DNA of 33,437 nucleotides from an uncultured Deinococcales bacterium (GTDB lineage Bacteria; Deinococcota; Deinococci; Deinococcales; JAAFIG01): NCBI GenBank assembly GCA_964247135.1, contig CAXTTL010000023.1, positions 1 to 33,437 of the forward strand, read 5' to 3'. Shown piece by piece: positions 24,946 to 33,437 of this stretch (position 1 is its first letter; each line of letters starts with the position of its first letter). The notes under the pieces were generated by a model. It saw only the letters and a program-made list of their open reading frames with translations, ran no database searches and was not told where the DNA came from. The position numbers and the translations under genes were made by a program.

Positions 24946-25299
24946 TTACTCTACGAATTCAATAATTGCGGTTGGGGCTGCATCACCGCGACGGATGCCC
25001 GTGCGAAGAATGCGGGTGTACCCACCGTTGCGGGTGGCAAACTTTGGCGCAATTTCTTCAAACAGTTTTTTCAGTACAGCACGGTCATGAATGTCTTTGC
25101 CAACCGTGCGAATGTTGTGCAGGCTGCCACCTTTGGCGGTGGTGATGAGGCTCTCCACGTATGGGCGGAGTTCTTTGGCTTTGGCGAGGGTCGTTTCAAT
25201 TCGTCCTTCGCGGATCAATGCAGTCGCTTGAGCGGTCGCCAAAGCGCGGCGGTGGCTCGAGGAGCGGCTGAGTCTTCGTCCGGATACACCGTGACGCAT
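24946..25299 (-). CDS. rplQ: 50S ribosomal protein L17
   Basis: [21 protein letters not shown]. Confidence 0.98.
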   Translation of the reverse strand: MRHGVSGRRLSRSSSHRRALATAQATALIREGRIETTLAKAKELRPYVESLITTAKGGSLHNIRTVGKDIHDRAVLKKLFEEIAPKFATRNGGYTRILRTGIRRGDAAPTAIIEFVE

Positions 25300-25340
25300 A
25301 ATATTCCTCCAAATGCTCGAGGGTTGCTCGAGCGGGTTGT

Positions 25341-26324
25341 TTAGTCTTTCAGTTCCAGGCTGTACATGGCGAGTTGCTTCTTGATTTCGTCAAGGCTGCG
25401 TTCGCCAACGCCTGGGACTTTTTTGAGGTCTTTTTCGGACAACGCGATCAGCGCGTCAACGCTGTCCACGCCTTCTTCTTTCAGGCTGTGAAGAACGCGG
25501 GTGGTTAAGCCCAGTCCCTCGAGCGTGACTTTGTTGCTGGTGGCGCTGCTGGCAACTGGTGCTTCGACGGGTTTGACCACGGCGGCAACAGGTTCGCGGG
25601 CGATCACGGCGGCTGGGACGGGGGTCACAGCTTTTTCCAGGATTTTTTCGCCACTCGAGAACACGTTCAGTTGGTCGCGGAGAATCTCCACGGCTTCGTC
25701 AAGCGCGTGCTCTGGCGTAATGCTGCCGTCCGTCCAGACGCGCAGGATCAAACGATCAAGATCGGTTTGTTGACCAACGCGGGTGTCTTCGACATGGTAC
25801 GCCACACGTTTGACTGGGGTGAAAATCGCGTCAACTGGTATCGAGTTGATGCGGTCTTTGGTGTTGTGACGCTCACTTGGGATGTAACCCACGCCCTCTT
25901 CGACGCGGACTTCCATGACCAGCTTGCCACCTTTGCCAATCGTGCAGATTGGTTGATCCAGATTCACGACCTCAGCATCAGATGGACACTCGAGGTCGGC
26001 GGCGGTCACGACTTTGGGACCTTCGACGCGAATCGAGAGGGTCTTAGGTCCGCTGCCGTGGAATTTCACCACGAGTTCTTTGAGGTTGAGGATGATGTGA
26101 ATCACGTCTTCGGTCACACCTGGAATAGTGGAGAATTCGTGCAGTACGTCTTCGATGTACACGCTTGTGACAGCCGTGCCCGGGATGCTCGAGAGCAAGA
26201 TGCGACGAAGCGGGTTTCCGATTGTCACACCAAAGCCTCGTGCCAATGGCTCGAGAACGAACTCGCCGTAGTGTCCTTCAGTGCGTGCGACCAGGCGGGG
26301 TTTCAAATCCACAGGTGCCTCCAA
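25341..26324 (-). CDS. rpoA: RNA polymerase alpha subunit
   Basis: [36 protein letters not shown]. Confidence 0.98.
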   Translation of the reverse strand: MEAPVDLKPRLVARTEGHYGEFVLEPLARGFGVTIGNPLRRILLSSIPGTAVTSVYIEDVLHEFSTIPGVTEDVIHIILNLKELVVKFHGSGPKTLSIRVEGPKVVTAADLECPSDAEVVNLDQPICTIGKGGKLVMEVRVEEGVGYIPSERHNTKDRINSIPVDAIFTPVKRVAYHVEDTRVGQQTDLDRLILRVWTDGSITPEHALDEAVEILRDQLNVFSSGEKILEKAVTPVPAAVIAREPVAAVVKPVEAPVASSATSNKVTLEGLGLTTRVLHSLKEEGVDSVDALIALSEKDLKKVPGVGERSLDEIKKQLAMYSLELKD

Positions 26325-26415
26325 TTGCGAATGGCTTTGCTCGAGTGGGTTTTTAGGCGCTCGAGGTTAGCGGGTGTGATGTTGTACTTGGACAATGATC
26401 TCGAATCTGTAAAAT

Positions 26416-27033
26416 TTATCGTGAGTAATACTCGACAACAAATTGTTCGTTGACTGGGATGGCGAGGTCTTCGCGGGCTGGCAGGCGGGTGTAAGTGCCC
26501 TCGCCTTTTTCTGGGTCAAAGCCAATCCAAGGCACGGTGCGACGACGCTTTTGTCCCTCGAGGTTTTCTTTGATCAGCACCAAGCCTTTGGCTTTTTCGC
26601 TTAAAGACACGACATCACCTGGTTTGAGGTGGTAGCTGGCAACGTCCACTTTTTTACCATTCACGCGCACGTGCTCGTGGTACACGAACTGACGCGCTTG
26701 ACGGCGGGTGGTGGCGATGCCCATGCGGTACACAACATTGTCCAGACGTGACTCGAGCAACTGCAAGAAGACCGTACCAGTCACACCTTCACGGCGGGCT
26801 GCCTCGGCGAAGAGGTTGCGGAATGGCTTTTCAGTCATGCCGTAAATACGAATCAATTTTTGCTTTTCACGAAGACGCACACCGTAATCGCTGGTGCGAC
26901 CTTTGCGGCGTTGACCGTGCTGACCTGGCGCGTAAGGGCGCTTGGTGAGGTATTTGTTGACTTTCTCCGAGTCGAAAAGGTTTACGCCTTCACGACGGCA
27001 GAGTTTAACCATAGGACCTGTGTATCTCGCCAT
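26416..27033 (-). CDS. rpsD: 30S ribosomal protein S4
   Basis: [35 protein letters not shown]. Confidence 0.98.
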   Translation of the reverse strand: MARYTGPMVKLCRREGVNLFDSEKVNKYLTKRPYAPGQHGQRRKGRTSDYGVRLREKQKLIRIYGMTEKPFRNLFAEAARREGVTGTVFLQLLESRLDNVVYRMGIATTRRQARQFVYHEHVRVNGKKVDVASYHLKPGDVVSLSEKAKGLVLIKENLEGQKRRRTVPWIGFDPEKGEGTYTRLPAREDLAIPVNEQFVVEYYSR

Positions 27034-27425
27034 TAGAGCCTCAACTTCTTCCGCGCACGGCAGCCATTGTGTGGAACTGGGGTGTCATCCATGATCGAAC
27101 GCACATCCAAGCCGGAGGCTTGAATGGCACGAATTGCTTGTTCGCGCCCGCTGCCTGTACCGCGCACGACCACATCAACAATGGTCATGCCCATGCCTTG
27201 GGCTTTTTTGGCAGCGTCGGCGGCTGCGAGTTGTGCAGCGTAAGGCGTACCTTTTTTGCTGCCTTTGTAACCAATTGTGCCACCGCTTGACCATGCGACA
27301 GGGTTGCCGTCTGGGTCAGCAATGGTAACGATGGTGTTGTTGTAACTGGCGCTAATGTACGCTTTACCAGAACCAATATTGCGACGCTTGGGCTTGGTCG
27401 CTTTGCCTTTGACAGGTTTCGCCAT
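27033..27425 (-). CDS. rpsK: 30S ribosomal protein S11
   Basis: [25 protein letters not shown]. Confidence 0.98.
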   Translation of the reverse strand: MAKPVKGKATKPKRRNIGSGKAYISASYNNTIVTIADPDGNPVAWSSGGTIGYKGSKKGTPYAAQLAAADAAKKAQGMGMTIVDVVVRGTGSGREQAIRAIQASGLDVRSIMDDTPVPHNGCRARKKLRL

Positions 27426-27805
27426 TACTTCCTCGCCGCCTTCTTCTTACCAGCCACTGTCTTCTTCGGACCTTTTCGGGTACGAGAGTTGGTGCGGGTG
27501 CGTTGACCACGGGTCGGCAATGATTTGCGGTGACGCAAACCACGGTACGAACCAATGTCCATCAAGCGTTTGACGTTCTGACCAATTTCCGAACGCAAGT
27601 CGCCCTCGACCTTGTAGGTCTTTTCGACGGCATCACGGAGTTTGGTTTGTTCGGATTCGGTCAAGTTCTTGACTCGAGTATCGGGGTTGATGCCCGTGGC
27701 TGCCAAAATGTCTTTGGAGCGGCTCGGACCAACACCGAAAATATAATTCAGCGCAACTTCAACGCGCTTCTCGCGGGGCAAATCAACACCAGCAATACGT
27801 GCCAT
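27425..27805 (-). CDS. rpsM: 30S ribosomal protein S13
   Basis: [24 protein letters not shown]. Confidence 0.98.
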   Translation of the reverse strand: MARIAGVDLPREKRVEVALNYIFGVGPSRSKDILAATGINPDTRVKNLTESEQTKLRDAVEKTYKVEGDLRSEIGQNVKRLMDIGSYRGLRHRKSLPTRGQRTRTNSRTRKGPKKTVAGKKKAARK

Positions 27806-27807
27806 GC

Positions 27808-27921
27808 TTAGCCCTGCCTTTGCTTATGGTTGGGGTCTTTGCAAATCACAAAAACCTTGCCGTGGCGACGAACGACTTTACAGTTGTCGCAAATCTTCTT
27901 GACGCTGGACCTAACTTTCAC
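27808..27921 (-). CDS. rpmJ: 50S ribosomal protein L36 (Zn-ribbon form)
   Basis: GTG start after [43 protein letters not shown]. Confidence 0.97.
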   Translation of the reverse strand: MKVRSSVKKICDNCKVVRRHGKVFVICKDPNHKQRQG

Positions 27922-28049
27922 TTGTTCCTCCTTCGCGCCGCAGGGAGTGTTCTCGAGTTTCTCGAGCTTTTGTCTCGTAGCAGCGCTCGACGGTTCGGTG
28001 GGGCTGAACCATCTTTGTGGATAAATTTGGGGGTGGTGCGGGGTGACTC

Positions 28050-28074
28050 GTAGGGGCGAACCTTGTGTTCGCCC
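28050..28074 (+). repeat. GTAG-class REP-like palindrome
   Basis: GTAG followed by GGGCGAAC-cttgt-GTTCGCCC. Confidence 0.65.
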
Positions 28075-28087
28075 AAAGAAGTATCGA

Positions 28088-28315
28088 TTATTTTCGGTAG
28101 ACAATTCGAGCGCGTGTCGTGTCATACGGCGTGATCTCGAGCACAACACGGTCTCCTGGCAGAATGCGGATGTAGTTCATTCGCATCTTTCCAGAAACGT
28201 ATGCCAGTAATTCGTGACCCGAGTCGAGTTTGACGGTGAACGTGGTGTTGGGAAGCGCCTCGAGGATGACTCCTTCGGTGCGGACTGCGTCAACTTTCTT
28301 CTCTTTTTTCGCCAT
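28088..28315 (-). CDS. infA: Translation initiation factor IF-1
   Basis: [25 protein letters not shown]. Confidence 0.98.
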   Translation of the reverse strand: MAKKEKKVDAVRTEGVILEALPNTTFTVKLDSGHELLAYVSGKMRMNYIRILPGDRVVLEITPYDTTRARIVYRK

Positions 28316-28447
28316 TAACCCTCCGTGTCGCCCACGCCTGTTGGGGTCTGTTGCCCCGTCTGGCGGGGTTCAACGTGGGGTGCTTGTACTGCTGAGAATG
28401 CTTAAAATACCGAATGAAAAATGATTTCTAAATTTTATGCTCGAGCT

Positions 28448-29242
28448 TTAAACGGCGACCAACTCTTGAGGTTTATAAACTGGACCGTAAGGCATTCCTT
28501 TGGGAAGGGTGAGCACCCTGGGTCCGTTGGTGGTAATCGCTACGGTGTGCTCTATCTGGGCGCTGAGGCTGCGGTCATCGGTGATTGCCGTCCAGCCGTC
28601 GTCCAACACCGTCACTTTGGTCTTGTTGATCGTGACCATCGGTTCGATGGCAATGGTCAAACCTGGTTTTAAGACCGCGCCTTTCCCTGCATTCCCCCAA
28701 TTTGGCACTTGGGGTTCTTCGTGCATCTTGCGCCCGACGCCATGCCCAACAAATTCGCGCACCACACTAAAACCTGCTTTTTCGACCGTTCGTTGGATTG
28801 CATTGCTGACATCGCCGAGCCTGCCGTAAGCTTTACACGCCCGAATGCCCGCCCAAAGCGCGGCATCTGTCACCTCGAGCAATTTTCTGGCTTTGCTGCT
28901 GATCTCCCCCACTGGATAGGTTCGGGCAGAATCTGCCACAAACCCTTTATAGATTAAACCGATATCGATTGAGATGATGTCACCGGCGACGAGTTTTCTC
29001 GCGCCGGGAATGCCGTGAACGATCACTTCATTGATTGACGCATTAATGCTTGCTGGAAATCCGTGGTATCCAAGGAACGCCGGACGAGCACCAAATTTAA
29101 GTATAGCATCTTGGGCAACTTCGTTCAAGTGCTTGGTTGTGACCCCAGGGGCAATCTCTTGACCAACCAAGTCGTGAACCTGGTAGAGCAAATTCCCAGC
29201 TTCGTGCATGATCTCGAGTTCATTGGGGCGTTTCAGAATCAA
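28448..29242 (-). CDS. map: Methionine aminopeptidase type I
   Basis: NEVIVHGIP, DSART, GHGVG..MHEEP, AIEPM, SAQIEHT. Confidence 0.97.
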   Translation of the reverse strand: MILKRPNELEIMHEAGNLLYQVHDLVGQEIAPGVTTKHLNEVAQDAILKFGARPAFLGYHGFPASINASINEVIVHGIPGARKLVAGDIISIDIGLIYKGFVADSARTYPVGEISSKARKLLEVTDAALWAGIRACKAYGRLGDVSNAIQRTVEKAGFSVVREFVGHGVGRKMHEEPQVPNWGNAGKGAVLKPGLTIAIEPMVTINKTKVTVLDDGWTAITDDRSLSAQIEHTVAITTNGPRVLTLPKGMPYGPVYKPQELVAV

Positions 29243-29243
29243 G

Positions 29244-29804
29244 TCAGATCACGGCTTTCAAACGGGAATAGACTTCTTCGGGTGCGCCCAGACCGTCGAT
29301 GCGGTGCAGATGACCTCGAGGTTCGTAGTAGGGAATCAAGGCTGAGGTTTCCTTGCGGTACAACTCGAGGCGTTTTTGGATGCCTTCGGGCGTATCATCG
29401 GCGCGTTTTTCGATTTCGGCGCGTTTGGTCAGGCGTTCACGCAAGACTTCTTCTGGCACTTCGAGCACTGGGACACTCGAGATTGGGGCGCTCAGTTCCT
29501 CGAGCAGCACGTCCAGCGCTTGGGCTTGGGCGACGGTTCTGGGGAAACCATCAAAAATCACGCGCACGTCGTCCATGACCGAGAGTTTGTCGCGGATTAA
29601 AGCCACCACAATGTCATCGGACACCAGTTGCCCAGAATTCTGAATGGCTTGGATGCGTTGACCCAACTCCGTGCCCCTTGCCATGTGATCGCGCAACATG
29701 TCGCCGGTTGAAAGCTGTACCATGCTCAACTCTTTGGCGAGTCGTTTGGCTTGAGTGCCTTTGCCAGCCCCAGCCGGACCCAAAAAAATCACAACCTTGC
29801 TCAT
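29244..29804 (-). CDS. adk: Adenylate kinase (short LID)
   Basis: GPAGAGKGTQ, STGDMLR, DGFPR, RADD; start placed at MSKV. Confidence 0.96.
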   Translation of the reverse strand: MSKVVIFLGPAGAGKGTQAKRLAKELSMVQLSTGDMLRDHMARGTELGQRIQAIQNSGQLVSDDIVVALIRDKLSVMDDVRVIFDGFPRTVAQAQALDVLLEELSAPISSVPVLEVPEEVLRERLTKRAEIEKRADDTPEGIQKRLELYRKETSALIPYYEPRGHLHRIDGLGAPEEVYSRLKAVI

Positions 29805-29898
29805 TGAACACTCCAAGAATTTGAGGGCAACTCAGGCAAAACCGCTGCCCGAGGACAATCCCCGAGCAGCTTGAGATGGAAGTCGGAAAGCTCGAGCT

Positions 29899-31230
29899 TC
29901 ACGAAACGGGACCGTCCACTGGGGTACGTCCACGGATGCGACCTTTTTTGATAAAGCCGTCGTAATTGCGCAAGGACAGTTGTGATTCGATTTGACGCAA
30001 GGTGTCCAGTGCCACACCGACCACGATCAGCAAGGTTGTGCCTGCCAGTGGGAAGGTGGTGACGCCAGTGAAGTTTTGCACGATGCTTGGAATAATCGCC
30101 AAAGCCCCAAGGAACATTGCACCCCAGAAAGTAATGCGAGTGCTGATGCGATCCAAGTGGTCTTGGGTGGCTTGACCTGGGCGCACACCTGGAATAAATC
30201 CACCGTATTCGCGGAGGTTTTCGGCAATGCGTTTGGGGTCAAAGTTGATGATGGTGTAAAAGTACGTAAAGCCAATGATGAACAGCACTTCGACCAACAA
30301 ACCTGACCAGGTACGCGTACTAAGCGTGCTCACAATCGACCTGACCAAAGTTGAATTTGGAAAGGCTTGTGGTAACAACTGCAAGAGTTGCAAAATTGCG
30401 CTCGAGAAAATAATTGGAATCACGCCTGCAGTGTTGATCTTCATGGGAATGTAACTGGCTTGACCGCCCGTGACACTTTTGCCCACGACTTTACGCGCGT
30501 ATTGCACGGGAATGCGACGCTCGCCCTGTTGAATCAAGACAATGCCAGCGATCACGGCAATCACCATCAAGAAAAAGCCCAGAACTTGCAGCAGTTGGAC
30601 TTGACCCGTGTTCATGAGCGTTAGGGTTTGAGCAATTTCTGTTGGAAAACGCGTGACGATACCAGCAAAGATAATCAAGCTTGCGCCGTTGCCAATGCCA
30701 TATTCCGTAATGCGCTCGCCGAGCCACATGGTGAAAGCAACACCAGCGACCTGAGTTGCGACCACGGTTAGGTAAAACAACGGCAAGTTGCTGCCCCAAC
30801 CTGGACGCAACACGCCTTGGTTGAGAATCAAGGTTGCAAAGAACATGGCTTGAACCGCGCCCAAGCCAATCGCGGCATAGCGCGTGTATTGGTTGATGCG
30901 ACGGCTGCCCTCTTGCCCCTCTTTTTGCAGTTTCTCGAGCGCAGGGACGGCGGTGGTCAGGATTTGCATGACGATGCTGGCGGTGATATACGGCAACACG
31001 CCAAGGGCGAAGATGCTGAAGGTGCTTAAACTGCCACCAGAAATCAAGCCGAGCGTGTTGAGCACGCCGCCGGCGCCACCAGAATTGAGTTTATTCGAGA
31101 GTTCGGTGGCGTTCACGCCTGGGGTTGGCAGAGCCGACCCCAAACGATAAACTGCCAGCAAAATCAGCGTGACAATGAACTTCCCGCGCAATTCCGGGAT
31201 TTGGAACGCATCGCGGAAAGCACGAAGCAT
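29899..31230 (-). CDS. secY: Preprotein translocase SecY
   Basis: SIFALGVLPYITASI, GIGNG.SL, RRIPVQY, FIPGVRPG. Confidence 0.98.
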   Translation of the reverse strand: MLRAFRDAFQIPELRGKFIVTLILLAVYRLGSALPTPGVNATELSNKLNSGGAGGVLNTLGLISGGSLSTFSIFALGVLPYITASIVMQILTTAVPALEKLQKEGQEGSRRINQYTRYAAIGLGAVQAMFFATLILNQGVLRPGWGSNLPLFYLTVVATQVAGVAFTMWLGERITEYGIGNGASLIIFAGIVTRFPTEIAQTLTLMNTGQVQLLQVLGFFLMVIAVIAGIVLIQQGERRIPVQYARKVVGKSVTGGQASYIPMKINTAGVIPIIFSSAILQLLQLLPQAFPNSTLVRSIVSTLSTRTWSGLLVEVLFIIGFTYFYTIINFDPKRIAENLREYGGFIPGVRPGQATQDHLDRISTRITFWGAMFLGALAIIPSIVQNFTGVTTFPLAGTTLLIVVGVALDTLRQIESQLSLRNYDGFIKKGRIRGRTPVDGPVS

Positions 31231-31715
31231 TACGCCACCTCAGCGGTTTCGGCGCTGACCCTTTTGTAACCCAACACGATGATTGTGCCACCGGCGGCTT
31301 TGACGGCTTCGACGGCGGCTTCGGAAGCAGCGTGAACGGTCACGTTCACTGCACCCTTCACCTCACCTCGAGCGAGGAGCTTGATTGGATGATGGACTTT
31401 TTTGATCACGCGCTTGGCGACCAGGCTTTCGGCATTGACTGCGTCCGTGCCGAATTGCTCGAGATCGGAAAGGTTGACCAGGTGGAATTCTTGCTTGAAC
31501 GGGTTGTTAAAACCACGTTTTGGCAAGCGGCGAATCATTGGGGTTTGACCACCCTCGGATTTGTAGCTGCCCGACGGCGCGAGGCTCGAGCCTGAACGGC
31601 TGGCTTGACCTTTGTGACCACGACCGGAGGTCTTGTCGGTACCGCCTGGACCACGACCAACGCGCTTTTTGCGTTTGCGTGAGCCTGGGGCTGGTTTGAG
31701 TTCGTTGAGCTTCAT
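31230..31715 (-). CDS. rplO: 50S ribosomal protein L15
   Basis: KRVGRG, GRGHKGQ, EGGQ.P..RRLPKRGF. Confidence 0.98.
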   Translation of the reverse strand: MKLNELKPAPGSRKRKKRVGRGPGGTDKTSGRGHKGQASRSGSSLAPSGSYKSEGGQTPMIRRLPKRGFNNPFKQEFHLVNLSDLEQFGTDAVNAESLVAKRVIKKVHHPIKLLARGEVKGAVNVTVHAASEAAVEAVKAAGGTIIVLGYKRVSAETAEVA

Positions 31716-31891
31716 GATTTTGCCTCCTCAACGACCTCGAGAAGAAATTTGAGTTTGTCCACTTGACCTTTTGCAGATTCGGATTCACCGACCAGGGCGG
31801 TGTCACCGATTTTCTTCAGACCAAGGGTCTTGGCGGTCGCAAGCTGTTTGGCGCTGCGTCCGATCAGGCTCTTGACAAGCTTGACTTTCAT
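31712..31891 (-). CDS. rpmD: 50S ribosomal protein L30 (not in the ORF track)
   Basis: [29 protein letters not shown]..; lies between rpsE and rplO with ATGA overlaps. Confidence 0.95.
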   Translation of the reverse strand: MKVKLVKSLIGRSAKQLATAKTLGLKKIGDTALVGESESAKGQVDKLKFLLEVVEEAKS

Positions 31892-32442
31892 TGGGCGCTC
31901 TCCTTGAGTTCGCGCACGCTGTCTTTGGTTTGAAGGTTTTTCAAACCGTGGAACACAGCGTAGGCAACATTGACTTTGGTGCGGCTACCGATTTCTTTAC
32001 TTAACAAATCGGTGATGCCTGCAAGTTCGGCAATCGCACGTGGCACGCCACCGGCGATAACGCCCGTACCTGCGCTGGCAGGTTTGAGCATGACACGGCT
32101 GGCGGTTGAAACGCCGATGATGTCGTGAGGGATGGTGCCATTTTTGAGTGGCACACGGATCACGTTTTTGCGGGCGGCGGTGTTGGCTTTGGCAACGGCG
32201 GTCTGAACCTCGCGGCTTTTACCGATACCCATACCAACGCGACCTGCACGGTCACCGATCACGACGACGGCTTGGAATTTGAAGCGGCGTCCACCTTGGT
32301 AGGTTTTGGCGTTGCGCTCGAGTGAGATCATTTTCTCTTCAAATTCGCTGGGGGCTTCCTGACGCTCGTTGCGTCGGTTGCCACGGTCATTGCCACCGCG
32401 TCCACGTCCACGGCTCTCTCTGGGTTGACGATCAGAAGTCAA
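31888..32442 (-). CDS. rpsE: 30S ribosomal protein S5 (start TTG 32442 or GTG 32448)
   Basis: [25 protein letters not shown]. Confidence 0.96.
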   Translation of the reverse strand: MTSDRQPRESRGRGRGGNDRGNRRNERQEAPSEFEEKMISLERNAKTYQGGRRFKFQAVVVIGDRAGRVGMGIGKSREVQTAVAKANTAARKNVIRVPLKNGTIPHDIIGVSTASRVMLKPASAGTGVIAGGVPRAIAELAGITDLLSKEIGSRTKVNVAYAVFHGLKNLQTKDSVRELKESAQ

Positions 32443-32770
32443 GGCCACCCTCCCGCGCCGCATCCGCGAGCGCTTTCACTCGACCATGATACTGGTACGA
32501 GCCACGATCAAATACGACGGTTTTCACACCTTTGGCGATGGCGGCTTCGGCGATGGCTTTGCCCACCAAGACCGAGAGTTCAGTTTTTGTGCCTTTGGCA
32601 TTCAAGCTCTCGCTCGAGACGGCTGCCAGGGTAATGCCTTTGGTATCGTCGATCACTTGAGCGTAAATGTGCTTGCTCGAGCGGAAGATGCTGAGGCGCA
32701 AACGGTCTGAAACGGCTTTGATTTTGTTGCGCGTGCGGTGAAGGCGACGCTCTTTGGCGGTGATGCTCAT
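32432..32770 (-). CDS. rplR: 50S ribosomal protein L18
   Basis: [36 protein letters not shown]. Confidence 0.98.
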   Translation of the reverse strand: MSITAKERRLHRTRNKIKAVSDRLRLSIFRSSKHIYAQVIDDTKGITLAAVSSESLNAKGTKTELSVLVGKAIAEAAIAKGVKTVVFDRGSYQYHGRVKALADAAREGGLDF

Positions 32771-33321
32771 TTCTTACCCTTTCCGCCGGCGGCTGACTTG
32801 CCTGGCTTGAGGGTCAGTTGCTCGCCTTCAAAGCGCACACCCTTGCCGTGGTAGGCATCGGGGACACGGACTTTGCGGACGTTTGCGGCAACTTGCCCGA
32901 CCAACTGCTTGTCAATGCCAATGATCTGGATTTTGGTTTGGTCTGGAAGGTTGAAGCTGATGCCTGCTGGCGGTTCGATGATCACGGGATGGCTGTAACC
33001 GATGGCCATCTCGAGGTTCTTGCCGGTCAGTTTGGCACGGAAACCCACGCCGTGAAGCTCGAGGTTGCGCTGATAACCTGCGCTGACACCCGTGACCGCA
33101 TTGGCGATCAGGCTGCGCGTCAGACCGTGCAGGCTGCGATGGGTGCGTCCGTCGCTGGGACGTTCGACCACGATGCTGCCTGCGTCTTCTTTAACAACCA
33201 TGTCGGTATGGAAAACAACTTTCAACTCACCTTTTGCACCTTTGACGGTCACAAGACCGTCGTTGATGTTGGCGGTGACACCCTTTGGCAGGGGAATGGC
33301 TTGACGACCAATGCGGCTCAT
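32767..33321 (-). CDS. rplF: 50S ribosomal protein L6
   Basis: [25 protein letters not shown]. Confidence 0.98.
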   Translation of the reverse strand: MSRIGRQAIPLPKGVTANINDGLVTVKGAKGELKVVFHTDMVVKEDAGSIVVERPSDGRTHRSLHGLTRSLIANAVTGVSAGYQRNLELHGVGFRAKLTGKNLEMAIGYSHPVIIEPPAGISFNLPDQTKIQIIGIDKQLVGQVAANVRKVRVPDAYHGKGVRFEGEQLTLKPGKSAAGGKGKK

Positions 33322-33437
33322 TACCACACCTCGCAAATCACTTCGCCACCAACACCGATTTTGCGGGCTTCACGGTCAACCATGAGTCCCTTCGAGGTGG
33401 AGACGATGGCGATACCCAAGCCCGCACGAATTTTCGG
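33321..33437 (-). CDS. rpsH: 30S ribosomal protein S8 (C-terminal part)
   Basis: [38 protein letters not shown]. Confidence 0.96.
   Translation of the reverse strand, partial: PKIRAGLGIAIVSTSKGLMVDREARKIGVGGEVICEVW

Noticed and set aside
25671-26453. 260-aa antisense ORF over rpoA and other long antisense ORFs (e.g. 15452-16252, 5793-6479, 724-1383)
   Set aside because: They are shadows of well-supported genes on the opposite strand and carry no recognisable motifs.
27808-28149. 113-aa N-terminally extended L36
   Set aside because: The real start is GTG 27921 with an SD; the extension overlaps infA and the spacer.
20586-32442. Functional link between the APH(9)-like gene and rpsE (spectinomycin-resistance locus)
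   Set aside because: They are separated by unrelated genes and a terminator; nothing suggests more than chance proximity.

Overview
Bacterial DNA, most likely Deinococcota (Deinococcales-like RpoA/S4/S5; several apparently leaderless genes). The right third (24.9-33.4 kb, minus strand) is the spc-alpha ribosomal cluster from rpsH (partial) to rplQ. The centre (5.2-20.2 kb, plus strand) is one 15-kb operon related to extracellular contractile injection systems (eCIS/PVC). It runs DUF4255/Pvc16, an Afp15/Pvc15-like AAA+ ATPase, five proteins with a DUF4157 (HExxH) core, one exported candidate immunity gene, and a second DUF4255. Each DUF4157 protein has a different C-terminal cargo: unknown, OmpA-like, OmpA inserted in a metzincin, TPR, or HET-C with a Gly-rich insert. 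No sheath, tube, spike or baseplate gene is in the window. A recurring [VIL]QR motif marks the cargo boundaries. The rest is accessory: an Ig-repeat membrane protein, a MerR/SDR pair with a perfect operator, an APH(9)-like kinase, an FMO, several orphan antitoxins and a lone CAP12-type TIR gene. The palindrome CTCGAG is very strongly over-represented, as HIP1 is in cyanobacteria. All family calls come from recognising motifs by eye; no searches were run.
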